A stretch of 62,311 bases of DNA, counting the filler, from Coriobacteriales bacterium (GTDB lineage: Bacteria; Actinomycetota; Coriobacteriia; Coriobacteriales; UBA8131), in NCBI GenBank assembly GCA_031263105.1. It is 6 parts of 6 records of this genome, joined end to end, with 100 filler letters (N's around TTAATTAATTAA, not from the genome) between each part and the next. Parts side by side here need not be neighbours in the genome. Positions count along the whole stretch, not along the records: positions 20,468 to 30,012 come from JAISGJ010000036.1; positions 30,113 to 39,098 come from JAISGJ010000038.1; 4 more parts are not named here. The stretch is one strand, 5' to 3'. This document shows positions 28,445-38,677 of this stretch, piece after piece (position 1 is the stretch's first letter; each line of letters begins with the position of its first letter). Under the pieces are notes generated by a model that was not told where the DNA came from, made no database searches, and saw only the letters and a program-made list of their open reading frames with translations. A program made the translations under genes and the position numbers.

Positions 28445-28703
28445 TGTCTTCGCCCTCAAACATGGCGATGATCTCATCCTGCATCATGGTGTCGAAGTCA
28501 TCGGGGAGGGTGAAGTCCATGCGGTCGAAGTATTCTTTTGCGAATCCGACCCTGGGCCGCAACTGCCCGCTTTCGATCGGCACGATCCTTGCCCGTGGGT
28601 TTCCGTATTTGCAGATAATGTAGTCGCCCTTGCCCGTCGCCACGTCATCGACGATTCGAGAGAGGCTCTTCTTTGCCTCGTATATGTTCACTGCCTTTGT
28701 CAT
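28428..28703 (-). CDS. Phd/YefM antitoxin, copy 2
   Basis: MTKAVNIYEAKKSLSRIVDD; close paralog of 24499-24774. Confidence 0.85.
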   Translation of the reverse strand: MTKAVNIYEAKKSLSRIVDDVATGKGDYIICKYGNPRARIVPIESGQLRPRVGFAKEYFDRMDFTLPDDFDTMMQDEIIAMFEGEDTQRPL

Positions 28704-28792
28704 GAGGGCTCCTTTCGGCAGCAGGATTATATCGTTGTCCCATGTATTGGTCAAACCAACATAAGGGGTTTGCAGGTCGATGCGCATGGTGT

Positions 28793-29010
28793 GTTACACG
28801 TCACACCCTCACTGTCATTCCGAGCTCCGCCGAGGAATCCTTGGACACGCAGTGTCCAACGGCAGGCCAGGGGACCCCTCGACCTGCGGTCGACCGCTTG
28901 CGCGGTCGAGGATCCCTCGGCAGGCTCGGGATGACAGTGGGGCTCGGGATGACAGTGGGGGCTCGGGATGACAGCGGGGCTCGGGATGACAGCGGGGTGC
29001 GAACTGCAAC
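28793..29010. repeat. Repeat family A, complete copy with quadruplicated right arm
   Basis: Four tandem GGCTCGGGATGACAGYGG. Confidence 0.92.
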
Positions 29011-29016
29011 CAGGCT

Positions 29017-29644
29017 TCAGGGCCTGTGGGGGCGGAAGGCGCAGTCGACGAGGTGGTCGTCCACGAAGCCCGTCGCCTGGAGGTAGGCGTAGCAGATGGT
29101 CGGGCCGCAGAACTTGAAGCCGCGCCGCTTCATGTCCCTGCTCATCGCCTCGGCGAAGGGGGCGGAGGCGGGGACCTCCCCGAGGGTCTCCCAGTGGTTG
29201 ACGACGGGGCCGCCGCCGGGCAGGAAGGAGCGCAGGTACTGGTGGAAGCCGCCGTGCTCCTGCCGGACCTCCAGGAAGCACTGCGCGTTGGAGACGGCGG
29301 CCTCCACCTTCTGGCGGTTGCGGATGACGCCGGGGTCCGCGAGGATGCGCGCGACGTCGCCTGCGCCGAGGCGGGCGACGCGCTCGGGGTCGAAGCCCTC
29401 GAAGGCCCGGCGGTAGCCCTCCCGCCTCCTCAGGACGGCGTACCAGCTCAGACCCGCCTGCGCACCCTCGAGGAGCAGGAACTCGAACAGCGTGCGGTCG
29501 TCTTTGACCTCGCGGCCCCACTCCTCGTCGTGGTAGCGCACGTAGAGCGGGTCGTCGCCGCACCAGCCGCAGCGCTTTATCTCACCTGCTTCCTGCGTGT
29601 GCGCCTGCCGCGCCCGTCTTGACCGCGCTCGTCTTCACATGCAT
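29017..29644 (-). pseudogene. tag: tag copy 2, frameshifted near the 5' end
   Basis: Same RBS and ATG as copy 1, but 64 nt rather than 81 nt to IKRCGW, giving an early TGA; rest of the frame intact. Confidence 0.8.
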
Positions 29645-29846
29645 CGTTGGGACCTCCTTCGATAGGCGGGTCCCCCCTCCGAAATGGCCTCACAGTGTAG
29701 CAGCTTCCGAGTTAAATGTCACTAGTTCAATTGCATTTATTTCCCATAGAGCTGAAGCCCCCTTACAGTTCCTAACTCACCGGCTGATACACCAAGAGAT
29801 CCGGTCTCCCTATACAAAAAGGCTCTTGCGGATGCCGCAGATGCTT

Positions 29847-30012
29847 TCAGGGAACAGGAGCGTGAAGGGTTGCCGCCGCCTTGCGCGGGCGGCCTGCCTT
29901 GGGGGCGGAGGCGAGGCGTGCGTTTATCGAGCGCAGGCTGATGCGGCGCGCGGTGCCCGTGCCGAGGCTTTCGAGCTGCCCGGACGCGACCATCTGGGCG
30001 ACGCGCCCCCTG
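29847..30012 (-). pseudogene. 3' end of the HicB-like HTH gene (contig edge)
   Basis: 29897-30012 identical to 20468-20583; ends AGRPRKAAATLHAPVP*. Confidence 0.65.
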
Positions 30013-30144
30013 NNNNNNNNNNNNNNNNNNNNNNNNNNNNNNNNNNNNNNNNNNNNTTAATTAATTAANNNNNNNNNNNNNNNNNNNNNNNNNNNNNNNN
30101 NNNNNNNNNNNNACTGATGCCGCATTATAAAATGCGAGGCGCGG

Positions 30145-32529
30145 CTACTCCGGGGCCTTGAGGGAGGCCACCATGTCGAGGCGGGCCACCTTGCGGACGA
30201 AGGGGAGGGCGACCAGTGCGCAGAGGGCGACGACGAGCGCCAGCGTGAGCAGCACGTCCGAGGGGGCGAGGAGGGTGGGCATGTCGAGGGTGCCCCCCTG
30301 GGTGTTGAACATCAGGTCCGCGATCTTCCAGCCGAGGGGGATGCCGGGGACGAAGCCCAGCACCGTGAGAACGAGGTTCTGCAAGAACAGCAGCATGACG
30401 ATCTGCCGGCGCTTGAAGCCCACCACCTTCAGCGTGGCGAGCTCGCGCTCCATCTCGCTGAGCGTCAGCGTGCCGAGGTTGTACATGGTGAAGACGCCGA
30501 CGAGGACGGCGGCCGCAATCATCACCGTCGCCATCATGACCATCGCCTCCGTCATGAGGTCCATGCCCGCCGAGACCTCCTCGGCGCTGACGACGCCCTG
30601 CACCCCCGGCTCGCCTGCGTCTATCGTCTGGGAACTGAGCAGCACCCTCGGCTCGAAGTCGATGCCGAAGCCCTCGAGCGTGCCCGGCGTCATGGTCAGC
30701 CCCCACACCAAGGGGTTGCGGTTGATCGCACCGACCGTCGCCTCGTGCCAGCCTCCCTCGCCGTAGCGGTGCCACTCAAAGCGCTCCCCCACGCCCAGGC
30801 CCAGCTTCTTGGCCGCGCCGTGGCTCAGCAGCACCTGTCCGTCCTCAAGGGAGAGAATCCGGCGCTCGGAGTCGGTGACGCGCATCAGCTCTCCGCTCTC
30901 AAACGCCTGGAGCGTGCCTGCGGACTTGGTCGCAGAGTCGCCGGGGAGCCGTATCTCGACGGTCTGCTCCATGAGCGGCAGGGCCTCGTAGCGCTCGACG
31001 AGCCGCCGGAGCTGCCCGTCGTCCACGTCCTCGGCGAGCGTGGCGCGGGACTGGAAGTTGTTGATGGTGCCGTACTGCCAATCCACCAGTACGCCTATGA
31101 CGCTCCAGGAGAGGAAGGCGACCAGCAGCAGCGCCGAGACCCCCAGGCCGCTGACGACGCTCATGACGCTGCGGAGCCTGTTGCGCCGTATGTCGCGCTC
31201 GGTGAGCTGGAGGCTGGGGCCGAGCCGTCGCCAGAAGGGCAGCGCCTCGAGGGGAGAATGGCGCGGGCGACGGGGGGCACGCGGCCGCATCGCCGCTGCG
31301 GGCCTCTGTGCGAGCACGCGCCGACAGCTGAGCCAGCTCACGAGCGCTCCGGCAAGCGCCATCAGCAGCGGGAGGACGAAGAAGAACGGCTCCCGATAGG
31401 TCTGCCAGTACGGCAGCGTGAAGAACTGCGTCATGCTCGGCTTGAAGAGCTCGGGCACGAAGGGCGGCCCCAGCACCGCGCCCAGAAGCCCGCCGACCAG
31501 CGTGACAAGGAAGCCGTAGCCGATGTAGTGCGCGGTTATCGCCCCCTTGCGCACGCCGAGCGCCTTCATCGTCCCTATGAGCGTCGACTGCTTGCTCACG
31601 AGGCGGCTCATGGTCGAGAGCATCACGAGGACGGCGATGAACATGAACAGCACGGGGAACGCGCCGGCGAATATCGCATGCTGCTCGCACTCGGCCTGCA
31701 GGACCGCGAAGGCGGGATGGTTCTCCTTGACGACGATGGTGGCGGCCTTGGCGCCCAGTGCGCCCTCGACGGCCTCCTCGAGGTCGTACTGGCGCTCGTC
31801 GGCAGCAGGCGCGAGGACCGCCAGCTGGTTGTAGGGGAACCGGCCGTCCTGGCTCAGCTCCTCTGCCCCGCTTGCCCCGCTCGGCCCGCCCCCTGGGGCC
31901 GTCGCTCCGCTCCCTTGCGTTGCGGCCAAAGCGCTGTCCGGCATCGGGAAGCTGCCTGCGCCGGTGAACACGTAGCCGTGTGCGGCGTAGTCGGGCGTCA
32001 ACGAGTCCCCCAGCTCGGGATAGACCAGCTCCGGGGAGTACACGAGCCCCGCTATCTCTGCGTCCACGGCGGTCCCCACGACCGTGAAGCGCAGGCTGTC
32101 GCCCACCGCAAGCCCGCGTGCCTCGGCAAAGCGCAGGTCAAGCCAGATGCGTCCGTCGCCGACATCGAAGGGCGCGCCCTCCCACACGAGGAGCCGGTTC
32201 ACCTCGTCACGTTCCCGGTAGCGCACCGTCAGGGCGGGCGAGCCGGGCAGGTCGGCCTGCGTCTCGTAGAGAAGGAGGCGCTCGACCTTCTCCACATCCT
32301 CAAGGGCCGCAACGGCCCGGGCGTCGTCCTCGGTGAAGCCCTCGCCGAAGACCCAGACGGTCGCGAGGCCGGTCTCCTCGAAGAACGCCTGCCCGTCGGC
32401 CTCCATGCTGCGGTACTCGGCCGTGATGCCGGTGTAGAAGCCGACCGCCAGCAGGGAGATGAGGAATATGGAGACGAACTGCGCCTTGTGGAGCAGCAGG
32501 TCGCGCCACATCTTGCGCAGGAGGATCAC
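30145..32529 (-). CDS. FtsX/MacB-type ABC permease (two FtsX domains)
   Basis: IGTMKALG and ERELATLKVVGF motifs; multiple TM segments. Confidence 0.92.
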   Translation of the reverse strand: MILLRKMWRDLLLHKAQFVSIFLISLLAVGFYTGITAEYRSMEADGQAFFEETGLATVWVFGEGFTEDDARAVAALEDVEKVERLLLYETQADLPGSPALTVRYRERDEVNRLLVWEGAPFDVGDGRIWLDLRFAEARGLAVGDSLRFTVVGTAVDAEIAGLVYSPELVYPELGDSLTPDYAAHGYVFTGAGSFPMPDSALAATQGSGATAPGGGPSGASGAEELSQDGRFPYNQLAVLAPAADERQYDLEEAVEGALGAKAATIVVKENHPAFAVLQAECEQHAIFAGAFPVLFMFIAVLVMLSTMSRLVSKQSTLIGTMKALGVRKGAITAHYIGYGFLVTLVGGLLGAVLGPPFVPELFKPSMTQFFTLPYWQTYREPFFFVLPLLMALAGALVSWLSCRRVLAQRPAAAMRPRAPRRPRHSPLEALPFWRRLGPSLQLTERDIRRNRLRSVMSVVSGLGVSALLLVAFLSWSVIGVLVDWQYGTINNFQSRATLAEDVDDGQLRRLVERYEALPLMEQTVEIRLPGDSATKSAGTLQAFESGELMRVTDSERRILSLEDGQVLLSHGAAKKLGLGVGERFEWHRYGEGGWHEATVGAINRNPLVWGLTMTPGTLEGFGIDFEPRVLLSSQTIDAGEPGVQGVVSAEEVSAGMDLMTEAMVMMATVMIAAAVLVGVFTMYNLGTLTLSEMERELATLKVVGFKRRQIVMLLFLQNLVLTVLGFVPGIPLGWKIADLMFNTQGGTLDMPTLLAPSDVLLTLALVVALCALVALPFVRKVARLDMVASLKAPE

Positions 32530-33221
32530 CAGCGCACCTCGTCGATGTCGCAGGGGGCAGGCACCCGGACGGTCGATTCGATGCGTCCGTCGCGAACGCG
32601 TATCACCACGTCGGCCGCCTGGGCGATGGCCGCGTTGTGGGTGACGATGACCACGGTGGTCTCGCGCGCACGCGCGATGCCCTGCAGCAGCTTGAGGATG
32701 CGGACGCCCGTGTCGACGTCGAGCGCGCCGGTGGGCTCGTCGCAGAGGAGCATGTGCGGGCGCTTGGCGATGGCGCGGGCGATGGAGACGCGCTGCTGCT
32801 CGCCGCCGGAGAGCTGCGACGGGAACCTGTCGAGGAGTCCGCCGAGGCCGACCTGTCCGAGGGCCTCGACGGCCGGCAGGCAGCCGCGTTTGACCAAGCG
32901 CATCAGGTCGACGTTCTCATAGGCCGTGAGCGTGGGGATGAGGTTGTAGAACTGGAAGACGAAGCCCACGTTCTCGGCGCGAAAACGCGTGAGCCCGCGC
33001 TCGTCCAACGCGCAGATGTCGAGGCCGTCGATGCGGATAGAGCCCGTCGTGGCCTTGTCCATGCCGCCGAGCAGGTTGAGCAGCGTGGACTTGCCCGCCC
33101 CCGACGGGCCGAGCACGACCACGAAGCTGCCGCCCTCGACCTCGAAGTCCGCCCCGTCGAGCGCGGCCGTCCGCGCCTCCCCTTGGCCGTATATCCTGCT
33201 GACGTCCTCGAACCGTATCAT
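32526..33221 (-). CDS. ABC ATP-binding protein (LolD/MacB-like)
   Basis: GPSGAGKST, LSGGEQQRV, LCDEPTGALD. Confidence 0.95.
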   Translation of the reverse strand: MIRFEDVSRIYGQGEARTAALDGADFEVEGGSFVVVLGPSGAGKSTLLNLLGGMDKATTGSIRIDGLDICALDERGLTRFRAENVGFVFQFYNLIPTLTAYENVDLMRLVKRGCLPAVEALGQVGLGGLLDRFPSQLSGGEQQRVSIARAIAKRPHMLLCDEPTGALDVDTGVRILKLLQGIARARETTVVIVTHNAAIAQAADVVIRVRDGRIESTVRVPAPCDIDEVRW

Positions 33222-33248
33222 GCCGTCCCCTCCCTCGGTGCTCCGTTG

Positions 33249-33267
33249 TGTTAGGTAATACTAACTT
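33249..33267. promoter_or_regulatory. Operator TGTTA-N8-TAACT (copy 2), just downstream of a TTTACT-17-TATCAT promoter on the minus strand
   Basis: TGTTAGGTAATACTAACTT. Confidence 0.55.
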
Positions 33268-33439
33268 AAAGGGGATGATAGCGCCTGCGCCCGGAAAAGT
33301 AAAGGAGCGGCAGGGGCGAGGCTGGTGGGCAGGCCGGGGGACGGAGGGGCTTCCCCTCTTCGAAAATATGCGCGATACTGTAGCATGTGGGCAAAACCCT
33401 GCACGGGGCACAAAGGGCGCGGCAACCACGGCAAAAAAG

Positions 33440-33638
33440 GTTACTGACACCCCGCTGTCATCCCGAGCCTGCCGAGGGATCTTCGGCTGCGCAGCGGTCG
33501 ACCGCAGGTCGAATAACCCCTCGACCTGCCGTTGGCCGCTTCGCGTCCAAAGATTCCTCGGCTCCGGGGCTTCGCCCCCGGAGTTTACCCTGAGCGTAGC
33601 CGAAGGGCTCGGAATGACAGTGGGGTATGAGCAGTGAC
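33440..33638. repeat. Repeat family A, long complete copy
   Basis: CTGTCATCCCGAGC..GCTCGGAATGACAG with an extra GCGAAGC hairpin module. Confidence 0.92.
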
Positions 33639-33661
33639 CAAAAAAAGGGAAAGGGCATCGT

Positions 33662-34780
33662 ATGGGCTACCTCGGCAAGGACATACCGAAACTCGGCTTT
33701 GGGCTGATGCGTCTCCCCCTGGTCGAGAAACGTATCGACATCGAGCAGACGAAGACCATGGTGGACAGGTTCCTCGCGGCGGGCTTCACGTACTTCGACA
33801 CAGCCTATGGCTACAACAACGGGGAATCGGAGGCGGCCGCCAAGGTCGCGCTGATAGACCGCTACCCCCGTGAGAGCTTCCAGTTCGCCACGAAGCTGCC
33901 CGCATGGGCCGGGGCGAAGGATGCCGACGAGGCGAAGCAGATGTTCTTCACGTCCCTTGAGCGCACCGGCGCCGGATACTTCGACTTCTATCTGCTCCAT
34001 AACTGCGGGGCCGAGCGCACCAGGGCCTTCGACGAGTTCGGCATGTGGGACTTCGTCCTTGAGCAGCGTGAGAGAGGCCTCATACGGCATGTGGGCTTCT
34101 CGCTTCACGATACGGCGGAGGTGCTGGACGACCTGCTTGCGAGGCACCCCGAAATGGAGTTCGTGCAGCTTCAGGTCAACTACGCCGACATGGACAATCC
34201 TGCGGTGCAGTCCGCCCGATGCCTCGAAGTGGCCAAGAGGCACGGGAAGCCGGTCATCGTCATGGAGCCGGTGAAAGGCGGCCTGCTTGCCAGGCCCCTG
34301 CCGCCGGTCGCCAAGATCCTGAGCGAGGCGGACCCCCACGCCTCGCCGGCCTCTTGGGCGCTGCGCTTCGCCGCATCGCTGGACAACGTGATCACGGTGC
34401 TGAGCGGCATGTCCAGCATCGACCAGATGGAGGACAACCTGGTCACCATGGCAGAGTTCCGCCCCCTTGTCGATGCCGAACACGCCGTTCTGGAAAAGGT
34501 GAGGGACGCGCTGGGCGCGATCGAGAGCATCCCCTGTACGAACTGCGGCTACTGCCTCGAAGGCTGCCCTCGAGGGATTCCCGTTCCGAGCATTTTCGGT
34601 GCCATGAACCAGTACCTGGTATTCGACAGCTTGGAGCCCGGAAAGAGCTTTTACGGCCTGTACACACGCAACGGCAACACCGCAGGCTCATGCACCGAGT
34701 GCGGACAGTGCGAGTCCGTCTGTCCCCAGCACATCGGCATCATGCAGGAACTGAGGCGCACGGCGGCAGCCTTCGAGTGA
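33662..34780 (+). CDS. Aldo/keto reductase with C-terminal 4Fe-4S dicluster
   Basis: LGFGLMRLP, YFDTAYGY, CTNCGYCLEGCP, CTECGQCESVCP. Confidence 0.93.
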   Translation: MGYLGKDIPKLGFGLMRLPLVEKRIDIEQTKTMVDRFLAAGFTYFDTAYGYNNGESEAAAKVALIDRYPRESFQFATKLPAWAGAKDADEAKQMFFTSLERTGAGYFDFYLLHNCGAERTRAFDEFGMWDFVLEQRERGLIRHVGFSLHDTAEVLDDLLARHPEMEFVQLQVNYADMDNPAVQSARCLEVAKRHGKPVIVMEPVKGGLLARPLPPVAKILSEADPHASPASWALRFAASLDNVITVLSGMSSIDQMEDNLVTMAEFRPLVDAEHAVLEKVRDALGAIESIPCTNCGYCLEGCPRGIPVPSIFGAMNQYLVFDSLEPGKSFYGLYTRNGNTAGSCTECGQCESVCPQHIGIMQELRRTAAAFE

Positions 34781-34798
34781 CCGCCGCACAGATGCCCC

Positions 34799-35968
34799 TT
34801 ACAACCGTGCGACCTCCTCCATGAGGGCATCGACTATGCGGGACTCGTCCACGGTGTAAAGCACCTTCCCCTTGGCGAAGACGGCGCCCTTCCCCTCGCC
34901 GCAGGCCACGCCGACGTCGGCGGCGGAGGCCTCGCCGGGGCCGTTGACCACGCAGCCCATGACCGCGACGGAAAGCGGCTTCGACACCTCCGCAAGGCGA
35001 CGCTGTGCCTCCTCGGCAATGCGTATGAGGTCCACCTTGCAGCGCCCGCAGGTGGGGCAGCTCACCAGCTCCGGCGCTCTCCGTCGAAGCCCGCAGGCGG
35101 AGAGCAGCTCCCAGGCGACCTGCACCTCCTTCACGGGGTCGGCGGTCAGCGACACCCGCAGGGTGTCCCCGATGCCCTCAAGCAGGAGCGCCCCCAGGCC
35201 GACGGACGACCTCACCGTGCCCTGCGTCAGGGTCCCTGCCTCCGTGACGCCGAGGTGGAGGGGAGCCTGCGGCGCCTCGTGCGCCAGGATGCGGCAGGCC
35301 TCGACCGCGGTGCGCACGTCGTGCGCCTTGGCGGAGAGCACGACGTCCGTGAAGCCGCGCTGCTCGAAATGCTCCAAGAAGGCCAGTGCGCTGCCCGCAA
35401 GGCGCTCGGGAAGGCCGAGGTCGGCACGTTCGGCGAAGGCTGCGGCGAGCGAGCCGGCGTTCACCCCGATGCGGATGGGAACGCCTGCGGCACCAGCGGC
35501 CTCGATGACGGCATCGACCTTGGCGATGTCGCCGATGTTGCCGGGGTTCACCCTGAGCTTGGCGGCCCCCCGGCCCAGCGCACCGAGCGCCAAGCGGTGG
35601 TCGAAGTGTATGTCCGCGACGACGGGGAGCGGGGAGGCGGCGCAGATGCGGCCGAAGGCGTCGAGCGCGCTGTGCGCGGGGACGGCGACACGCACCAGCT
35701 CGCAGCCCGCCGCCGCAAGCGCGGCCACCTGCGCGAGGCAGGCCTCTGCGTCCTCGGTCCGCGTGCTGAGCATCGACTGGACGACGACCGGCGCTCCCCC
35801 GCCGAGGGGCACGCCGCCGACCTCGATGCGGCGGGTCTGCGCACGCGCCGTCGCGTCCGATGCGTCGAGGCGGGCTGCCGCGCCTGCCGCCTCGGTCGCG
35901 CCCTGCGGACCCGATGTCTCGACCGACCCGGCCGTCTCCGTCGCCCCGACGGCAACCTCGACAGCCAC
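34799..35968 (-). CDS. ispG: HMBPP synthase (flavodoxin-dependent)
   Basis: VQSM, ADIHFD, RVNPGNIG, HLGVTEAG, SCPTCGR, AVMGCVVNGPGE. Confidence 0.97.
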   Translation of the reverse strand: MAVEVAVGATETAGSVETSGPQGATEAAGAAARLDASDATARAQTRRIEVGGVPLGGGAPVVVQSMLSTRTEDAEACLAQVAALAAAGCELVRVAVPAHSALDAFGRICAASPLPVVADIHFDHRLALGALGRGAAKLRVNPGNIGDIAKVDAVIEAAGAAGVPIRIGVNAGSLAAAFAERADLGLPERLAGSALAFLEHFEQRGFTDVVLSAKAHDVRTAVEACRILAHEAPQAPLHLGVTEAGTLTQGTVRSSVGLGALLLEGIGDTLRVSLTADPVKEVQVAWELLSACGLRRRAPELVSCPTCGRCKVDLIRIAEEAQRRLAEVSKPLSVAVMGCVVNGPGEASAADVGVACGEGKGAVFAKGKVLYTVDESRIVDALMEEVARL

Positions 35969-35969
35969 C

Positions 35970-37265
35970 TCAGCCGCCGATGATGTAGCGCTGGACGTCC
36001 TGCCCCGTCACGAAGACGAAGAGCATGACGAGCAGGGCGAGGGCCATGACGCTGACCGTGTTGACCGCCCGCACGGGGATGCTGCGGCGGGTGATGCGCT
36101 CGATGGTCTCCACGACGATCTTGCCGCCGTCGAGGGGCGGGAGCGGGAGCAGGTTCATGAGGCCGATGGAGATGGAGAGGGCCGCAGCTATGTAGATGAA
36201 GGGGAGAAAGCCCGCCTCGGCGGCGTCCCTCGCAATGAAGGAGACGCCGACGACCGAGGCCGACTGGCTCACCACGTCGCTGAAGGTCGCGGGGTTGAAG
36301 AGCTGAACGATGGCGCCGGCGACCATCCCGATGTAGCCGACGGAGGTGCCGAGCGCATCAAGGAGGAAGACGGGCGCCTGCTCGAGGTGGGTGGTGACCC
36401 CGAGCAGGGCGCGGCCCTCGCCCTCTGCGAAAACGACCGTCAGCTCGCGGGTGCCCTCGCTGCCTGCGGGCCTGACGACGAGCGTCGCCTCCTGCCCCGG
36501 TGCCCGCTCGCCCATGAGGACCGTGAAGCCCTCCCAGGAATCGACCGCGACCCCGTCCAGGGAGACGATGGCGTCGCCCGACCCCAGGCCGGCCGCTGCG
36601 GCGGGCGAACCCTCGACGACCGTCTCTATGGTGGTCGTGGGCACCTGGGTGCCGACGGCCATCTGTACCGCCGTGATGACGATGACGGCGAAGACGAGGT
36701 TGAAGGCCGCCCCCGCCACGAGGATGACGATGCGCTGGTACCACGGGGCCGCTCCGAAGGTGAGACGGTGCTCGGCGGCGATGTGGGCCTCGGGGTCCGC
36801 GACGGGTCGCGGAGCGCCCTCGGCGGCCCCGTCGGCCGCCGGCATGGCGTAGACGGAGCGCCCCTTCTGCTTCAGGCGCTTGACGGTGCCCCAGGCGTCG
36901 AGGACGTCGAGCGCCTCCTCGAGGTCGTAGCCGAGCGCCCCCTCGGCCTCGCGCACCTCCTCCTCGGTGAGGCTGCCGTGGGAGGCAAGGTAGGAGAAGG
37001 CCGAGGCCAGATGGCTGTTCGGCTTGCCGCCCCCCTCGCCGGCGATGAGCGCGTAGCCGCCGAGCAGGATGGGCGTGACCCCGAACTTCGTCCCCTTGAA
37101 GGTGAATCCGACGTTGGGCCCCGGCAGGCCCAGCATGAACTCCTTGACGCGCAGCCCGAACAGCCGCGCGGCAGTGAAGTGCCCCGCCTCGTGCACGACG
37201 ACGATGAGGGAGAACATGAGGATTCCGAAGAATACGACCTTGAGGCCCTCTGCCAGTGTTTCCAT
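35970..37265 (-). CDS. rseP: RIP metalloprotease (site-2 protease, PDZ)
   Basis: HEAGH, NLLPLPPLDGG; adjacent to ispG. Confidence 0.94.
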   Translation of the reverse strand: METLAEGLKVVFFGILMFSLIVVVHEAGHFTAARLFGLRVKEFMLGLPGPNVGFTFKGTKFGVTPILLGGYALIAGEGGGKPNSHLASAFSYLASHGSLTEEEVREAEGALGYDLEEALDVLDAWGTVKRLKQKGRSVYAMPAADGAAEGAPRPVADPEAHIAAEHRLTFGAAPWYQRIVILVAGAAFNLVFAVIVITAVQMAVGTQVPTTTIETVVEGSPAAAAGLGSGDAIVSLDGVAVDSWEGFTVLMGERAPGQEATLVVRPAGSEGTRELTVVFAEGEGRALLGVTTHLEQAPVFLLDALGTSVGYIGMVAGAIVQLFNPATFSDVVSQSASVVGVSFIARDAAEAGFLPFIYIAAALSISIGLMNLLPLPPLDGGKIVVETIERITRRSIPVRAVNTVSVMALALLVMLFVFVTGQDVQRYIIGG

Positions 37266-37398
37266 AGGCACCAGTATACCTGCAAAACCCGCGCAGCAGG
37301 CCGCAGGGGCGAAGGCGTTACGGGGAGGACATCGAAAGTTCCGCCGTCGCGTGTTGCGCGTGCCCTTCTCCCGCCCCGTCGTACCACGCTGCCTTCAT

Positions 37399-38547
37399 TC
37401 AGCAACACCCGCCGTTGTTCTCCGGATCGCCGGTCGCCACGGGGCCCACGCCGTTGTCGCACGCACTGCCGCCGTGCCCGTCGCTGCCGCCGAAGGTGCC
37501 GCAGGCAAAGGCGCCGTAGTGGGCGCTTCGGTCGCCTGTGACGCAGAAATGCGGCGCGAAGCGCGTCTCGCTGAGCATGGCGGCCGTATTGCCGCACACC
37601 AGGCGCGGCTTGCCGGTGAGGAAGCGATGGTGGTCGTCAAGATCGAAGTGGTGGAGAAAACCGGGGATCGTGCCCTTGTAAACGGCAACCTGCCCATAGT
37701 CCTCGCAGAGGTCCTCGAGCGAGTCGAGCTTGAAGGCCCGCACGGTACGCGAGCTGAACGCCACCATGCCGACCTTCGCGTACAGCTCCCCGTCGTCCAC
37801 GGAGACAGGCGAGCTGCCCATGTAGCGAAAATCCGCCCAGCCTGCCCGCGCAAGCAGGCGCCGGAAGTCCTCGGCGTACAGCGCCCCGCCCAGGCATTCG
37901 CCGCGCAGCACCGGGTCGGACTGTGCCTCCCTGGGCAGACGGCGGTCTGCAAAGACATCCGAGAAATACAGCTCTCCGCCTGGCTTGAGCACCCGGTATA
38001 TCTCGCGAAACACCTGCTCCTTGGCGGGAGAGAGATTGATGACGCAGTTGGAGATGACCACGTCCACCGACCCGTCCGCAATACCTGCGGCCGCGAGGTC
38101 CTCGATGTAGCCGTCCAGAAAGGCGGTGTTGGGTGCAGCATAGCCAAAGCGCTCGGCCTGCACTGCCTCGTAACGGCGTGCAACCGCGATCTGCTCAGGA
38201 GTCATGTCGATGCCGATGACGTGCCCCTGTGGACCCACGAGCTTTGATGCGACGAAGCAGTCGCGACCGGTGCCGCATCCCAGGTCGAGGACCGTGCAAC
38301 CCTCAAGAAGGGGCGGCAGGGGCGAACCGCAGCCGTAGAACCGCTCCAGCACCTCCGGCGCGACGAGCGCCAACACCTCACGCACCTCGGGCGAAGCGGA
38401 ATCGGGCGCACAGCAGCAGGCGCTCGTCTTCAGGTCCTTTGAGCCTTGGAGCGTGGAGCCGTAATAGTCGCGCACCTGTGCCAAGGTGTCGGGAGGCTGC
38501 GGCAGGGCGTCCCGTATGCCCAAGGGATCCGTTGCGACGGTAGCCAT
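37399..38547 (-). CDS. arsM: Arsenite S-adenosylmethionine methyltransferase (AS3MT-like)
   Basis: KTSACC, FYGCGSP, LDLGCGTGRD, ISNCVINL, GECLGGA, C-terminal CC. Confidence 0.85.
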   Translation of the reverse strand: MATVATDPLGIRDALPQPPDTLAQVRDYYGSTLQGSKDLKTSACCCAPDSASPEVREVLALVAPEVLERFYGCGSPLPPLLEGCTVLDLGCGTGRDCFVASKLVGPQGHVIGIDMTPEQIAVARRYEAVQAERFGYAAPNTAFLDGYIEDLAAAGIADGSVDVVISNCVINLSPAKEQVFREIYRVLKPGGELYFSDVFADRRLPREAQSDPVLRGECLGGALYAEDFRRLLARAGWADFRYMGSSPVSVDDGELYAKVGMVAFSSRTVRAFKLDSLEDLCEDYGQVAVYKGTIPGFLHHFDLDDHHRFLTGKPRLVCGNTAAMLSETRFAPHFCVTGDRSAHYGAFACGTFGGSDGHGGSACDNGVGPVATGDPENNGGCC

Positions 38548-38677
38548 GCGTGCCTCCACTGGTCGTCTCGATGGTCAGGCTCTGACGGCAAGACTATAGC
38601 ATATATTGGATTTTATCGACTAGCAGACTTGCCCCATGAAACGTCGGCCTCTGCGCCCAGTCGGGCAGGGAAACCTC

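Noticed and set aside
38600..38622. ArsR-type operator upstream of arsM
   Set aside because: AT-rich but only weakly palindromic, and no arsR in the window.
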